Notes: a model not told the origin generated them from the letters alone. A stretch of DNA of 64,000 bases from Alphaproteobacteria bacterium (GCA_030424845.1 JAUHWC010000003.1:193034-257033), one strand, 5' to 3'. Shown: positions 48,564 through 59,584, counted from the stretch's first letter. Translations and numbers: made by a program.

Positions 48564-49400
48564 ATGGCACTGAAGAACTACAACCCGACCAGCCCGGCCC
48601 GTCGTGGCCTGGTCCTCGTCGACAAGACCGGCCTGCACAAGGGCAAGCCCGTCAAGTCGCTGACGCAGGGCAAGAGCAAGACCGGTGGCCGCAACAACAA
48701 GGGCCACGTGACTTCGCGCGGCATCGGTGGCGGCAACAAGCGCAAGTATCGCTTCATCGACTTCAAGCGTCGCAAGTGGGACGTTGAAGGCACCGTGGAA
48801 CGGATCGAATACGATCCCAACCGCACCGCTTTCATCGCGCTCATCAAGTACGACGATGGCGAACTGGCCTACATCATCGCCCCGAACCGCCTGGCACCTG
48901 GTGACAAGATCACCGCCGGCGAGAAGGTCGACACCAAGGTCGGCAATGCCATGCTGCTGGGCCAGATGCCCGTCGGCACGATTTGCCACAACGTCGAGAT
49001 GAAGCCGGGCAAGGGTGGCCAGATCGCCCGTTCGGCAGGCACCTATGTGCAGCTGGTCGGTCGTGACCGCGGCATGGTGATCGTGCGCCTGAACAGCGGC
49101 GAGCAGCGTTACCTGCGTGCCGATTGCATGGGCACGGTTGGCGCGGTGTCGAACCCCGACAACCAGAACCAGAACCTCGGGAAGGCCGGTCGCCGCCGTC
49201 ACATGGGCGTGAAGCCCCTGACGCGTGGTGTGGCCAAGAACCCGGTCGACCACCCGCATGGTGGTGGTGAAGGCCGCACCTCCGGTGGTCGCCATCCGGT
49301 GACGCCGTGGGGCAAGCCGACGAAGGGTGCCCGCACCCGCAAGAACAAGCAGACGGACAAGATGATCATCCGGTCGCGTCACGCGAAGAAGAAGAGGTAA
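48564..49400 (+). CDS. rplB: 50S ribosomal protein L2
   Basis: [15 protein letters not shown]...[21 protein letters not shown]. Confidence 0.98.
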   Translation: MALKNYNPTSPARRGLVLVDKTGLHKGKPVKSLTQGKSKTGGRNNKGHVTSRGIGGGNKRKYRFIDFKRRKWDVEGTVERIEYDPNRTAFIALIKYDDGELAYIIAPNRLAPGDKITAGEKVDTKVGNAMLLGQMPVGTICHNVEMKPGKGGQIARSAGTYVQLVGRDRGMVIVRLNSGEQRYLRADCMGTVGAVSNPDNQNQNLGKAGRRRHMGVKPLTRGVAKNPVDHPHGGGEGRTSGGRHPVTPWGKPTKGARTRKNKQTDKMIIRSRHAKKKR

Positions 49401-49405
49401 CGCAA

Positions 49406-49681
49406 ATGGCACGTTCCGTCTGGAAAGGTCCGTTCGTCGATCTTCACCTGCTGAAGAAGGCGCAGGAGGCCCAGGAAGCCAACAGCAACAAGCCGATCAA
49501 GACCTGGTCGCGTCGCTCCACCGTGCTTCCCGATTTCGTCGGCCTGACGTTCAACGTCTACAATGGCCAGAAGTTCATTCCCGTCTCCGTCAACGAGGAG
49601 ATGGTCGGCCACAAGCTCGGTGAATTCGCGCCCACGCGCAACTTCCCGGGCCACGCCGCCGACAAGAAGGGTAAGCGATAA
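49406..49681 (+). CDS. rpsS: 30S ribosomal protein S19
   Basis: [18 protein letters not shown]...[11 protein letters not shown], from ATG 49406. Confidence 0.97.
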   Translation: MARSVWKGPFVDLHLLKKAQEAQEANSNKPIKTWSRRSTVLPDFVGLTFNVYNGQKFIPVSVNEEMVGHKLGEFAPTRNFPGHAADKKGKR

Positions 49682-50058
49682 TGGGTAAGGCAAAAGCTCC
49701 GCGCCGCGTTGGCGACAACGAAGCCCTGGCCGTCGGCACCACGATCCGTGGGTCGGCCCAGAAGCTGAACCTGGTTGCTGCGCTGATCCGTGGCAAGAAG
49801 GCCGAGGAAGCCATGAACATCCTCACCTTCTCCAAGCGTGCCATGGCGCGCGATGCCAAGAAGGTTCTCGCATCGGCCATCGCCAATGCTGAAAACAACC
49901 ACGACCTGGATGTGGACGCGCTCGTCGTGGCCGAAGCCAGCGTCGGCAAGTCCGTCACCATGAAGCGTTTCGCGACGCGCGGCCGTGGCAAGTCCACCCG
50001 CATCCTCAAGCCGTTCAGCCGGCTGCGGATTGTCGTGCGCGAGCAAGAGGAGGCCTGA
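49681..50058 (+). CDS. rplV: 50S ribosomal protein L22
   Basis: 125 aa. [23 protein letters not shown]. Confidence 0.97.
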   Translation: MGKAKAPRRVGDNEALAVGTTIRGSAQKLNLVAALIRGKKAEEAMNILTFSKRAMARDAKKVLASAIANAENNHDLDVDALVVAEASVGKSVTMKRFATRGRGKSTRILKPFSRLRIVVREQEEA

Positions 50059-50061
50059 TCC

Positions 50062-50757
50062 ATGGGTCATAAGAGCAATCCGATCGGCCTGCGCCTGCAG
50101 ATCAACCGCACGTGGGACAGCCGCTGGTATGCCGAGGGCGCTGATTACCGTCAGCAGCTCAAGGAAGACATCGAGATCCGCAAGTACATCACCCAGAACC
50201 TGCCCCAGGCAGCGATTTCGAAGGTGGTGATCGAACGTCCGGCCAAGCTGTGCCGCGTGTCGATCTATGCGGCCCGTCCCGGTGTGATCATCGGCAAGAA
50301 GGGTGCAGACATCGAAAAGCTGCGCTCCAAGCTGGCCACGATGACCTCCAGCGAGGTGAAGCTGAACATCGTCGAGATCCGCAAGCCGGAAATCGACGCC
50401 AAGCTCGTTGCACAGGGCATTGCCGACCAGCTGGTTCGCCGCGTGGCATTCCGCCGTGCGATGAAGCGCGCCATGCAGTCCGCCATGCGTCTGGGTGCCG
50501 AAGGCATCAAGATCATGTGCGGCGGCCGTCTGGGCGGTGCCGAAATCGCCCGTGTCGAACAGTATCGTGAAGGCCGTGTGCCGCTGCACACGCTGCGCGC
50601 CAATGTCGATTACGCCGAAGCGGAAGCACTGACCGCCTACGGCATCATCGGCATCAAGGTGTGGGTCTTCAAGGGCGAGATCCTCGGGCACGATCCGATG
50701 GCTCAGGACCGGCTGATGATGGAAGCGCAGACTTCCGGCGTCCGCCCGGCTCGCTGA
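50062..50757 (+). CDS. rpsC: 30S ribosomal protein S3
   Basis: [24 protein letters not shown]... Confidence 0.98.
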   Translation: MGHKSNPIGLRLQINRTWDSRWYAEGADYRQQLKEDIEIRKYITQNLPQAAISKVVIERPAKLCRVSIYAARPGVIIGKKGADIEKLRSKLATMTSSEVKLNIVEIRKPEIDAKLVAQGIADQLVRRVAFRRAMKRAMQSAMRLGAEGIKIMCGGRLGGAEIARVEQYREGRVPLHTLRANVDYAEAEALTAYGIIGIKVWVFKGEILGHDPMAQDRLMMEAQTSGVRPAR

Positions 50758-50778
50758 TTGCAGGATTAGGAAAGAACC

Positions 50779-51213
50779 ATGCTGCAACCGAAGAAAACCA
50801 AGTTCCGCAAGGCGTTCAAGGGCAAGATCCACGGTAACGCCAAGGGCGGCACCGACCTGAACTTTGGCTCCTACGGCCTCAAGGCCCTGGAACCCGAGCG
50901 TGTCACCGCGCGCCAGATCGAAGCTGCACGTCGTGCCATCACGCGCCACATCCGTCGCCAGGGCCGTCTCTGGATCCGCGTCTTCCCAGATGTTCCGGTA
51001 TCCAAGAAGCCTGCCGAAGTGCGTCAGGGTAAGGGCAAGGGCTCGGTCGAGTACTGGGCTGCCCGCGTGAAGCCGGGCCGCATCCTGTTCGAGCTCGACG
51101 GCGTTCCCGGCCCGCTGGCCGCAGAAGCCTTCAGCCGCGCAGCGATGAAGCTGCCGATCAAGACGAAGGTCGTTGCCCGCCTGGGTGACACCTCTCACCT
51201 GGGAGGCGAATGA
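50779..51213 (+). CDS. rplP: 50S ribosomal protein L16
   Basis: [19 protein letters not shown]... Confidence 0.98.
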   Translation: MLQPKKTKFRKAFKGKIHGNAKGGTDLNFGSYGLKALEPERVTARQIEAARRAITRHIRRQGRLWIRVFPDVPVSKKPAEVRQGKGKGSVEYWAARVKPGRILFELDGVPGPLAAEAFSRAAMKLPIKTKVVARLGDTSHLGGE

Positions 51214-51419
51214 TGTCCAAGATCGAAGATCTTCGCACCAAGACCGACGACCAGCTCGTCGAAGCACTGACCGAGCTGAAGCGCGAGCAGTACAACCTGC
51301 GTTTCCAGGCCGCGACCAACCAGCTCGAGCGTCCCGCTCGCGTGAAGGAAGTCCGCCGCGAAATCGCCCAGATCAAGACGCTTCAGGGCGAACGCGCCCG
51401 CGAAGCTGCGAAGGCTTGA
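51210..51419 (+). CDS. rpmC: 50S ribosomal protein L29
   Basis: 69 aa. [26 protein letters not shown]. Confidence 0.96.
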   Translation: MMSKIEDLRTKTDDQLVEALTELKREQYNLRFQAATNQLERPARVKEVRREIAQIKTLQGERAREAAKA

Positions 51420-51429
51420 GGAGTAGACC

Positions 51430-51729
51430 ATGCCTAAGCGTATCCTGACCGGGACCGTCACCTCCGACAAGACCGACAAGACCGTGACCGTGAAGGTCGA
51501 ACGCCGCGTGAAGCACCCGCTCTACGGGAAGATCGTCAAGCGTTCGAAGAAGTATCACGCGCACGATGAAGCGAACGAATACACCGAAGGCGATACCGTC
51601 CGCATCGAGGAGACCAAGCCGATCTCCAAGACCAAGATGTGGAAGGTCATCGAGCGAGTGTCTGCCAGCAAGGGCAAGGCTGTCGAGGCTGATCTCGACG
51701 TTGCCGAAGCCACGCCGGGCGCAGAGTAA
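51430..51729 (+). CDS. rpsQ: 30S ribosomal protein S17
   Basis: [34 protein letters not shown]..., with a short acidic C-terminal tail. Confidence 0.97.
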   Translation: MPKRILTGTVTSDKTDKTVTVKVERRVKHPLYGKIVKRSKKYHAHDEANEYTEGDTVRIEETKPISKTKMWKVIERVSASKGKAVEADLDVAEATPGAE

Positions 51730-51791
51730 GAACTGACGTTTTAGGAACTGCCGGACTGGTTTCGGCAAGCCAATGAGAAGGAACCGGATCG

Positions 51792-52160
51792 ATGATCCAG
51801 ATGCAATCCAATCTCGACGTCGCGGATAACAGCGGCGCAAAGCGCGTCCAGTGCATCAAGGTACTGGGCGGCTCCAAGCGTCGCACCGCGAGTGTCGGTG
51901 ACGTGATCGTGGTTTCCGTGAAGGAAGCCCAGCCGCGTGCCCGTGTTAAGAAGGGCGACGTGCACCGTGCCGTGATCGTGCGCACCAAGAAGGACGTGCG
52001 CCGTCCCGATGGCAGCGTGATCCGCTTTGACAGCAATGCCGCCGTGCTTGTGAACAAGTCGGAAGAGCCGATCGGCACCCGTATCTTCGGCCCGGTGGTG
52101 CGTGAACTGCGCTCCAAGGGCTTCATGAAGATCATCTCGCTTGCTCCGGAGGTGCTGTGA
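51792..52160 (+). CDS. rplN: 50S ribosomal protein L14
   Basis: [28 protein letters not shown]... Confidence 0.98.
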   Translation: MIQMQSNLDVADNSGAKRVQCIKVLGGSKRRTASVGDVIVVSVKEAQPRARVKKGDVHRAVIVRTKKDVRRPDGSVIRFDSNAAVLVNKSEEPIGTRIFGPVVRELRSKGFMKIISLAPEVL

Positions 52161-52480
52161 TGGCTTCTGCAAAGATCAAGAAGGGTGACACCGTCGTCGT
52201 GCTGTCCGGCAAGGACAAGGGCCGTTCCGGCACCGTCCAGAAGGTCATGCCGAAGGAAGGCAAGGTCGTGGTCGAAGGCGTGAACATCGCCACCAGCCAC
52301 CGCAAGCCGAGCCAGGTGAACCCGCAGGGCGGCATCGATCGCGCGCCCGCTCCGATGGCCATTGCCAAGGTGGCAGTGGCTGATCCCAAGGACGGCAAGC
52401 CGACCCGCGTCCGCTTCGAAGAGCGTGACGGCAAGAAGGTCCGTGTTGCCGTCAAGTCCGGGGAGACTATCGATGGCTGA
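52157..52480 (+). CDS. rplX: 50S ribosomal protein L24
   Basis: [22 protein letters not shown] (KOW motif). Confidence 0.97.
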   Translation: MMASAKIKKGDTVVVLSGKDKGRSGTVQKVMPKEGKVVVEGVNIATSHRKPSQVNPQGGIDRAPAPMAIAKVAVADPKDGKPTRVRFEERDGKKVRVAVKSGETIDG

Positions 52481-53054
52481 TTACACGCCCCGTCTGAAGA
52501 CCCGTTACAATGACGAGATCGCCAAGGCGATGACCGAGAAGTTCGGCTACACGAACCCTCTCCAGGTCCCCAAGCTTTCGAAGATCACGATCAACATGGG
52601 TGTCGGTGAAGCCAGCCAGGACAAGAAGAAGGTCCAGGTTGCTGCCGAGGAAATGGAAAAGATCGCCGGCCAGAAGCCCGTGATCACCAAGGCGAAGAAG
52701 TCGATCGCACAGTTCAAGCTGCGCGAAGGCATGCCGATCGGTTGCAAGGTTACCTTGCGCCGTGACCGCATGTACGAATTCCTCGACCGTCTGGTCACGA
52801 TCGCAATGCCGCGCATCCGTGACTTCCGTGGCCTGAATCCGAAGAGCTTCGACGGCAATGGCAACTACGCCATGGGCCTGAAGGAGCAGATCATCTTCCC
52901 GGAGATCAGCTACGACCAGATCGAGAAGGTGCGTGGCATGGACATCATCGTCACCACCACCGCCAAGACCGACGAGGAAGCGCGCGAGCTGCTGCGCCTT
53001 TTCGGTTTCCCGTTCCCGGCTGAGAACGCCGAAGAAGAAAAGGCTGCCGCGTAA
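52473..53054 (+). CDS. rplE: 50S ribosomal protein L5
   Basis: [16 protein letters not shown]...[14 protein letters not shown] 52473. The track ORF is over-extended. Confidence 0.97.
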   Translation: MADYTPRLKTRYNDEIAKAMTEKFGYTNPLQVPKLSKITINMGVGEASQDKKKVQVAAEEMEKIAGQKPVITKAKKSIAQFKLREGMPIGCKVTLRRDRMYEFLDRLVTIAMPRIRDFRGLNPKSFDGNGNYAMGLKEQIIFPEISYDQIEKVRGMDIIVTTTAKTDEEARELLRLFGFPFPAENAEEEKAAA

Positions 53055-53078
53055 GCGGCGCAGGAGAGCTTAAGTCCA

Positions 53079-53384
53079 ATGGCGAAACTGAGTTCCATCA
53101 ACAAGAACGAGCGTCGTAAGAAGCTCGTGAAGAAGTACGCAAACCAGTACGCGAAGCTGAAGGCGATTGCCGACGATGAATCGCTCGACGAAACCGAGCG
53201 TCTCATGGCCCGCCTGAAGATGGCCGAGATTCCGCGCAATGCGAATCCGACCCGTGTGCGCAACCGTTGCACCACCACCGGTCGCCCGCGTGGCTACTAC
53301 CGCAAGTTCGGGCTTTGCCGCATCGAACTCCGCGATCTGGCCAACAAGGGCCTGATCCCGGGTGTGACCAAGTCGAGCTGGTGA
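53079..53384 (+). CDS. rpsN: 30S ribosomal protein S14
   Basis: [17 protein letters not shown]...[25 protein letters not shown]. Confidence 0.97.
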   Translation: MAKLSSINKNERRKKLVKKYANQYAKLKAIADDESLDETERLMARLKMAEIPRNANPTRVRNRCTTTGRPRGYYRKFGLCRIELRDLANKGLIPGVTKSSW

Positions 53385-53395
53385 GGAATTAGAAC

Positions 53396-53791
53396 ATGGC
53401 TATGACCGATCCTTTGGGTGATATGCTCACCCGCATCCGCAACGGCCAGCAGGCGAAGAAGGATTCCGTCCTTTCGCCGGCGTCGAAGCTGCGTGCGAAC
53501 GTCCTCGAAGTGCTCCAGCGCGAAGGCTACATCCGTGGCTACAGCGAAGACAATTCGGGTCCGCACAAGGCGCTGCGTATCGAACTGAAGTATTTCGAGG
53601 GTGAGCCCGCCATCAAGCATCTCGCCCGTGTCTCCAAGCCGGGCCGCCGCGTCTATTCGGGCAATCGTGATCTGCCCAGCGTGCGCAACGGCCTTGGCAT
53701 CACCATCGTCTCCACGCCCAAGGGTGTGCTTTCGGACAACGAAGCACGTTCCCAGAACGTTGGCGGCGAAGTGCTGGCGGAGGTGTTCTGA
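53396..53791 (+). CDS. rpsH: 30S ribosomal protein S8
   Basis: [18 protein letters not shown]... Confidence 0.98.
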   Translation: MAMTDPLGDMLTRIRNGQQAKKDSVLSPASKLRANVLEVLQREGYIRGYSEDNSGPHKALRIELKYFEGEPAIKHLARVSKPGRRVYSGNRDLPSVRNGLGITIVSTPKGVLSDNEARSQNVGGEVLAEVF

Positions 53792-54324
53792 TGAGCCGCA
53801 TCGGTAAAAAGCCGGTTGCCCTTCCTGCTGGCGTCAACGCCAGGATCGAAGAAGGCAAGCTGATCGTGAAGGGTGCCAAGGGCGAACTGTCCATGAGCAC
53901 GTCCGACCTCATCGACTACAAGCTCGAGGCCGAGGAAATCACCGTGATGCCTGCCAACAAGACGAAGCAGGCTCGCCAGTTCTGGGGCATGCAGCGTACG
54001 CTGGTGCAGAACCTGGTCGACGGTGTGACCGAAGGTTTCTCCAAGGTGCTTGAAATCAACGGCGTGGGTTATCGTGCGCAGGCGCAGGGCAAGACCCTGA
54101 AGCTGCAGCTGGGCTTCAGCCACGATATCGACCTGGAAGTTCCGGAAGGTCTCGAAGTGAAGACCCCGGACCAGACCACCGTCGAGATCTCGGGTATCGA
54201 CAAGCAGAAGGTAGGCCAGTTCGCTGCCGAGGTCCGCGAATGGCGCAAGCCGGAGCCTTACAAGGGCAAGGGCGTGAAGTATCGCGGCGAGTATATCTTC
54301 CGCAAGGAAGGGAAGAAGAAGTAA
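53791..54324 (+). CDS. rplF: 50S ribosomal protein L6
   Basis: [15 protein letters not shown]...[10 protein letters not shown]. Confidence 0.98.
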   Translation: MSRIGKKPVALPAGVNARIEEGKLIVKGAKGELSMSTSDLIDYKLEAEEITVMPANKTKQARQFWGMQRTLVQNLVDGVTEGFSKVLEINGVGYRAQAQGKTLKLQLGFSHDIDLEVPEGLEVKTPDQTTVEISGIDKQKVGQFAAEVREWRKPEPYKGKGVKYRGEYIFRKEGKKK

Positions 54325-54325
54325 G

Positions 54326-54670
54326 ATGGCAAAGCTCTCTCTCTTTGAACGTCGCCGCCGCCGTGTGCGCACCGCGCTGCGCAAGCGTGCCGGCACCAAG
54401 CCGCGCCTCTCGGTGCACCGCACCGGCAAGCACATCTACGCCCAGGTCATCGACGATGTCGAAGGCCGTACCGTGGCTGCCGCCTCGACGCTCGGCAGCA
54501 AGGCATCCGGCGCCAATGTCGATGCCGCCGCTCAGGTGGGCAAGGACATCGCGGCTGCTGCCAAGAAGGCCGGCGTGACCACTGTCGTGTTCGACCGCGG
54601 CGGGTTCCTGTTTCATGGCCGCGTGAAGGCGTTGGCCGATGCCGCTCGCGAAGGCGGGCTGGAGTTCTGA
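54326..54670 (+). CDS. rplR: 50S ribosomal protein L18
   Basis: [35 protein letters not shown]... Confidence 0.97.
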   Translation: MAKLSLFERRRRRVRTALRKRAGTKPRLSVHRTGKHIYAQVIDDVEGRTVAAASTLGSKASGANVDAAAQVGKDIAAAAKKAGVTTVVFDRGGFLFHGRVKALADAAREGGLEF

Positions 54671-55467
54671 TGATGGCTGACGAAAACAACACCGAAAACA
54701 CCCCGGAAACCACCGAGGAAGCCAAGGTGGAAGCAGCGGCTCCCGCTGCCGAAGCTGCCGTCGAAAGCACTGAAGCTGCTGACAACCAGTCTGCCGCACA
54801 GGGCGACGAGGGCGAGCCTCGCGGCCGTGGTCGTGGTCGTGGCCGTGGCGGCCGTGACGGCGAGCGTGGCGAGCGTGGCGGTCGCGGCCGTGGCCGTGAT
54901 GACCGTCGTGGCCGCAATGCCGAGGAAGATGGCGAAGAGCTGATCGAGAAGCTCGTGCACATCAACCGCGTTGCCAAGGTGGTGAAGGGCGGCAAGCGCT
55001 TCGGTTTCGCCGCTCTGGTCGTGGTTGGCGATGGCAAGGGCCGCGTCGGCTTCGGCCATGGCAAGGCCCGCGAAGTGCCGGAAGCCATCAACAAGGCGAC
55101 CGCTGCTGCCAAGAAGAAGATGATCCGTGTCCCGCTGAAGGAAGGTCGCACCCTCCATCACGACGGCAAGGGCCATTTCGGCGCCGGCAAGGTCAATGTC
55201 CGTTCGGCTCCCGCCGGTACCGGTATCATCGCCGGTGGTCCGATGCGTGCCGTGTTCGAAAGCCTGGGCGTTGCCGATGTGGTGACCAAGTCCATCGGCA
55301 CCTCGAACCCCTACAACATGATCCGCGCCACCTTTGACGCGCTTGCCAACCAGTCTTCGCCGAAGTCGGTTGCCCAGCGTCGTGGCAAGAAGGTTGCCGA
55401 CCTGCTGGGTCGCGGCGGTGCCAGCGAAGCCGAGGCGGAAGCCGAAGCTGCTGCTATTGTGGAGTAA
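54670..55467 (+). CDS. rpsE: 30S ribosomal protein S5 with an N-terminal acidic plus Arg/Gly-rich extension of about 80 aa
   Basis: The conserved core starts at [52 protein letters not shown]. It is preceded by an acidic stretch and [31 protein letters not shown]. Confidence 0.95.
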   Translation: MMADENNTENTPETTEEAKVEAAAPAAEAAVESTEAADNQSAAQGDEGEPRGRGRGRGRGGRDGERGERGGRGRGRDDRRGRNAEEDGEELIEKLVHINRVAKVVKGGKRFGFAALVVVGDGKGRVGFGHGKAREVPEAINKATAAAKKKMIRVPLKEGRTLHHDGKGHFGAGKVNVRSAPAGTGIIAGGPMRAVFESLGVADVVTKSIGTSNPYNMIRATFDALANQSSPKSVAQRRGKKVADLLGRGGASEAEAEAEAAAIVE

Positions 55468-55473
55468 TCGATC

Positions 55474-55650
55474 ATGGCGAAAATCAAGATCAAGCAGATC
55501 GGTTCGCCGATCCGTCGTCCCGCCGTTCAGCGCAAGATCCTGATCGGCCTGGGCCTCAACAAGATGCACAAGGTCGTGGAACTGGAAGACACGCCCGAAG
55601 TGCGCGGCGCCCTTGCCAAGGTGCCGCACATGGTTGAGGTGGTCGACTAA
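55474..55650 (+). CDS. rpmD: 50S ribosomal protein L30
   Basis: Hand-translated 58 aa: [58 protein letters not shown]. It is below the ORF-track cut-off. Confidence 0.93.
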   Translation: MAKIKIKQIGSPIRRPAVQRKILIGLGLNKMHKVVELEDTPEVRGALAKVPHMVEVVD

Positions 55651-55678
55651 GTCGTCCACACGGCAAATGACACAAGGT

Positions 55679-55721
55679 GGCCCGGTCGACGAGATTGTCT
55701 CTGGCCGGGCTTCCTCCTTTT
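55679..55721 (+). terminator. Hairpin plus T-rich tract between rpmD and rplO (possible internal attenuator)
   Basis: GCCCGG-(19 nt with inner GAGA/TCTC)-CCGGGC followed by TTCCTCCTTTT, within a 104-nt spacer. Confidence 0.35.
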
Positions 55722-55754
55722 CAGCGCGAACAAAAGCGAAAGCGAGTGCAAATA

Positions 55755-56237
55755 ATGAAACTGACTGACATCCGCGACAATTCCGGTGCCCGCAAGAACC
55801 GCATCCGCGTGGGCCGTGGCATCGGCTCGGGCAAGGGCAAGACCGCCGGCCGTGGCCAGAAGGGCCAGAAGAGCCGTTCGGGCGTGGCCATCAAGGGCTT
55901 CGAAGGCGGCCAGATGCCGCTGCACATGCGCCTGCCGAAGCGCGGTTTCAACAACCCGTTCGGCAAGGACTATGCCGAAGTGAACATCGGCCAGGTGCAG
56001 AAGCTGATCGACGCCAAGAAGCTCGACGCCAAGAAGGTCGTCGATCACGAGGCGCTGAAGGCTGCCGGCGTTGCCCGTGGCGGCAAGGACGGCGTGCGCC
56101 TGCTGGGCAAGGGCGAACTGACCGCGAAGGTTTCCTTCAAGGTGGCCGGCGCATCCAAGGGTGCCGTTGAAGCCGTCGAGAAGGCCGGTGGTTCCGTCGA
56201 ACAGACGGGCGCCAAGAAGGCTGCCGCGGCAGAATAA
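55755..56237 (+). CDS. rplO: 50S ribosomal protein L15
   Basis: [46 protein letters not shown] 55755. Confidence 0.97.
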   Translation: MKLTDIRDNSGARKNRIRVGRGIGSGKGKTAGRGQKGQKSRSGVAIKGFEGGQMPLHMRLPKRGFNNPFGKDYAEVNIGQVQKLIDAKKLDAKKVVDHEALKAAGVARGGKDGVRLLGKGELTAKVSFKVAGASKGAVEAVEKAGGSVEQTGAKKAAAAE

Positions 56238-56240
56238 CAC

Positions 56241-56290
56241 AAAAAAGGGACGCGCGGGTTCGACATCGAGCCCCCGCGTCCCTATCTATC
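56241..56290. terminator. Strong hairpin between rplO and secY; the better T run is on the antisense strand
   Basis: AAAAAA-GGGACGCGCGGG-(12 nt)-CCCCCGCGTCCC-TATCTATCC. The reverse complement ends with TTTTTTGTG. Confidence 0.5.
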
Positions 56291-56340
56291 CTTCCTGAGC
56301 CGGGAGGGGTCCGGCGTTGTACCAGGATTAAGACGTTCCA

Positions 56341-57705
56341 ATGGCATCACGCGCCGACAATATCGCAAGCTCGCTGAGCTTCTCCAACTTCAGCAAGGCG
56401 ACCGAGCTTCGCCAGCGCATCTTCTTCACGATCGGCGCGCTGATCGTGTTCCGTTTCCTCAGCTTCGTGCCCCTGCCGGGCGTGAACCCGATGATCCTGG
56501 AAACGCTGTATGACCAGACGCGCGGCGGCATCCTCGACATGTTCAACATGTTCTCCGGCGGTTCGCTGGAGCGCATGAGCCTGATCGCGCTGGGCGTCAT
56601 GCCCTACATCACCGCGAGCATCGTGGTGCAGCTCGCCTCCTCGCTCCATCCGGCGCTGATGGCGCTGAAGAAGGAAGGCGAGGCCGGGCGCAAGAAGCTG
56701 AACCAGTACACCCGTTTCGGCACCGTGTTCCTTTGTGCCATCCAGGGCTGGTTCCTGGCGGCCGGCCTGGAAGCCTATGCCGCGCAAAGCGGGTTGCAGG
56801 CTGTTGTGCAGCCGGGCGTCATGTTCCGCATCGGCGCAGTCATCTCGCTCATCGGTGGCACCATGTTCCTGCTGTGGCTGGGTGAACAGATCACCAGCCG
56901 CGGCATCGGCAACGGCGTGTCGCTGATCATCATGGCAGGCATCGTCGCCCAGTTCCCGACTTTCACCTCCAACCTCTTCTCCGGTTATTCCGAAGGTTCG
57001 ATCGGCAACGGCACCGTGCTCGGCATCATCGGCATGGTCGTCGTGCTGATCCTGCTGATCTGCTTCATGGAACGCGCCCAGCGCCGGCTGCTGATCCAGT
57101 ATCCCAAGCGCGCCACCCAGCACGGCGGCATGCAGGCGGACCGTTCGCACCTGCCGTTGAAGCTCAACACCGCGGGCGTGATTCCGCCGATCTTTGCCAG
57201 TTCGCTGTTGCTGCTGCCGCTGACGATCAGCCAGTTCGCCGGCAATTCGGTGGATACGAGCAGCTCGTTCTACACCGTGATCCAGACGCTGAACCAGTAC
57301 CTGGCACCGGGGCAGCCGATCTATCTCGGCCTCTATGCCGTGGGCATCATCTTCTTCTGCTTCTTCTACACCGCAGTGGTCTTCAACCCCGAGGACACGG
57401 CCGAGAACCTGAAGAAGAACAACGGCTTTATTCCCGGCATCCGCCCGGGCAAGCGTACGGCCGAGTATCTCGATTATGTCCTCACCCGCATCACTGTGGT
57501 GGGCGCGATCTACCTGACAGTGGTCTGCGTCGTGCCGGAATGGGCGCTGCGCCAGACCGGCTTCACCCTGTTCCTGGGCGGCACCAGCCTGCTGATCGTG
57601 GTGAACGTGACGGTGGACACAATCAGCCAGATCCAGTCGCACCTCTTGGCGCACCAGTACGGTGACCTTATCAAGAAGGCGAAACTGAAGGGCCGCCTGC
57701 GCTGA
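56341..57705 (+). CDS. secY: Preprotein translocase subunit SecY
   Basis: 454 aa with 10 TM helices. LRQRIFFTIGALIVFR, GGSLERMSLIALGVMPYITASI. Confidence 0.98.
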   Translation: MASRADNIASSLSFSNFSKATELRQRIFFTIGALIVFRFLSFVPLPGVNPMILETLYDQTRGGILDMFNMFSGGSLERMSLIALGVMPYITASIVVQLASSLHPALMALKKEGEAGRKKLNQYTRFGTVFLCAIQGWFLAAGLEAYAAQSGLQAVVQPGVMFRIGAVISLIGGTMFLLWLGEQITSRGIGNGVSLIIMAGIVAQFPTFTSNLFSGYSEGSIGNGTVLGIIGMVVVLILLICFMERAQRRLLIQYPKRATQHGGMQADRSHLPLKLNTAGVIPPIFASSLLLLPLTISQFAGNSVDTSSSFYTVIQTLNQYLAPGQPIYLGLYAVGIIFFCFFYTAVVFNPEDTAENLKKNNGFIPGIRPGKRTAEYLDYVLTRITVVGAIYLTVVCVVPEWALRQTGFTLFLGGTSLLIVVNVTVDTISQIQSHLLAHQYGDLIKKAKLKGRLR

Positions 57706-57757
57706 GCCGAAACGGCTGCACACGCACTCTCATACCGGATCGGGGAGCTTCGGACAC

Positions 57758-58405
57758 ATGAACATCATCCTTCTGGGGCCTCCGGGCGCGGGCAAGGGAA
57801 CGCAGTCCAGCCTGCTGGTGGAACAGCGCGGAATGCGCCAGCTGTCCACCGGTGACATGCTGCGTGCCGCGGTGAAGGCCGAAACGCCCGTCGGCCTTGA
57901 AGCCAAGGCCGTGATGGAGCGCGGCGAACTGGTGTCCGATGCCATCGTCTCGGCCCTGATCGATGACGAGCTGGCCGCGATGTCGGCCGAGACCGGCGCC
58001 ATCTTCGATGGCTATCCGCGCACCGCGGCGCAGGCCGTGTCGCTCGACGAACTGCTCGCCAAGCATGGCCGCAAGCTCGACCATGTGATCGAACTGGACG
58101 TCGACGAGGAAGCACTGGTCGATCGCGTTACCGGCCGCTTCACCTGCGCCAATTGCGGCGAGGGCTATCACGACCGCCACAAGCAGCCGGAAGTGGCTGG
58201 CGCTTGCGACAAGTGCGGATCGACCGAGTTCAAGCGCCGCAAGGACGATAACGAGGAAACCGTGCGCACCCGCATGGCCGAATATCGTGCCAAGACCGCC
58301 CCGATCCTGCCGCATTACGAGAAGAGCGGCATTGTCAGGCGCGTGGACGGCATGGCCGCCATCGACGATGTGACCAGGGCGATTGCCAAGGTGCTCGACA
58401 GCTAG
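57758..58405 (+). CDS. adk: Adenylate kinase (long form with Cys4 lid)
   Basis: MNIILLGPPGAGKGTQ. The lid is CANCGEGYH...CDKCGS. Confidence 0.97.
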   Translation: MNIILLGPPGAGKGTQSSLLVEQRGMRQLSTGDMLRAAVKAETPVGLEAKAVMERGELVSDAIVSALIDDELAAMSAETGAIFDGYPRTAAQAVSLDELLAKHGRKLDHVIELDVDEEALVDRVTGRFTCANCGEGYHDRHKQPEVAGACDKCGSTEFKRRKDDNEETVRTRMAEYRAKTAPILPHYEKSGIVRRVDGMAAIDDVTRAIAKVLDS

Positions 58406-58486
58406 CTTGCGCGACTGTTGCCGGTGACTCGTTTCTGCGAGGCCGCTGGCATTGGTTTCCCTCTGGCGTGCTTGTCCACATGCGTT

Positions 58487-58515
58487 TTGACCTTGCGGGC
58501 GATGCGCGCTATATC
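58487..58515 (+). promoter_or_regulatory. Candidate promoter P1 of the alpha operon (TTGACC-N17-TATATC)
   Basis: Hand-read in the 359-nt adk-rpsM spacer. Confidence 0.4.
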
Positions 58516-58577
58516 ATTGTCCAACAAGCGATCACGCTGACGAGGCGCGGGAATTTCCCCGCGGCTCCTTTGTGCGC

Positions 58578-58606
58578 TTGACGCGAGGGGAGAATCACCC
58601 TAGTTG
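58578..58606 (+). promoter_or_regulatory. Candidate promoter P2 of the alpha operon (TTGACG-N17-TAGTTG)
   Basis: Hand-read, 91 nt downstream of P1. Confidence 0.3.
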
Positions 58607-58764
58607 CTCCTTCCATTCGTTTAATCGGAAACCGGTCCGGCAGGCGGCAGCCACTCTTGCTCGCCATCCGGACTTATTGTCGTTCTGGCAGGGTTGTCGT
58701 GAAAACGGGTTTGAACTTTCGCGATGAGATAGGGGCTGGTCCCCTGTGGAGCATGGAGATTTAA

Positions 58765-59133
58765 GTGGCTCGTATTGCCGGGGTGAACATCCCCACAAAC
58801 AAGCGCGTTATCGTGGCGCTTACCTATATTCACGGTATCGGCCCGACCACGGCCAGGAAGATTGCCGACAAGCTGGGCATTGACCACGCTCGTCGCGTCC
58901 AGGACCTTAGCGACGCAGAAGTCCTGCAGATCCGTGAAACGATCGATGCGGAATACACCGTCGAAGGTGACCTCCGCCGCGACACCGCAATGAACATCAA
59001 GCGCCTGATGGACCTGGCCTGCTACCGCGGCCTGCGTCATCGCAAGGGCCTGCCCGTTCGCGGCCAGCGCACGCACACCAACGCCCGCACCCGCAAGGGC
59101 AAGGCCAAGCCGATCGCCGGCAAGAAGAAGTAA
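58765..59133 (+). CDS. rpsM: 30S ribosomal protein S13
   Basis: GTG start. [26 protein letters not shown]. Confidence 0.97.
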   Translation: MARIAGVNIPTNKRVIVALTYIHGIGPTTARKIADKLGIDHARRVQDLSDAEVLQIRETIDAEYTVEGDLRRDTAMNIKRLMDLACYRGLRHRKGLPVRGQRTHTNARTRKGKAKPIAGKKK

Positions 59134-59194
59134 GTCGGCCAGAGAGATCTGGACCGCTTTTCCCTTCTTCCCGAGATAAAGAGGAATACGAGAT

Positions 59195-59584
59195 ATGGCA
59201 CGCGAACCCGGCCGCATCAGGCGTCGCGACAAGAAGAACATTTCGAGCGGTGTTGCCCACGTCAACGCCAGCTTCAACAACACCATGATCACCATCACCG
59301 ATGCACAGGGCAATGCGATCAGCTGGTCCTCTGCTGGCATGATGGGCTTCAAGGGCAGCCGCAAGTCCACGCCCTATGCCGCCCAGGTGGCAGCGGACGA
59401 TGCCGGCAAGAAGGCCGCCGAACACGGCGTGCGCACCCTGGAAGTCGAGATCAAGGGCCCGGGTTCGGGTCGCGAAAGCGCCCTGCGCGCGCTGCAGGCG
59501 GTGGGTTTCACCATCACCAGCATCCGCGACGTGACCCCGATCCCGCACAATGGCGTGAGGCCTTCCAAGCGCCGCCGCGTCTGA
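59195..59584 (+). CDS. rpsK: 30S ribosomal protein S11
   Basis: [40 protein letters not shown]. Confidence 0.98.
   Translation: MAREPGRIRRRDKKNISSGVAHVNASFNNTMITITDAQGNAISWSSAGMMGFKGSRKSTPYAAQVAADDAGKKAAEHGVRTLEVEIKGPGSGRESALRALQAVGFTITSIRDVTPIPHNGVRPSKRRRV

Noticed and set aside
54820-54915. Short tandem CGTGGY repeats as a possible CRISPR or VNTR array.
   Set aside because: They are in frame within rpsE and encode the RG-rich block. The units are 6 nt with no spacers.
58441-58600. A missing rpmJ (L36) or infA gene hidden in the adk-rpsM spacer.
   Set aside because: Hand translation of the open frames gives no KVR..S.K..C..C-type L36 sequence and no IF1 motif.
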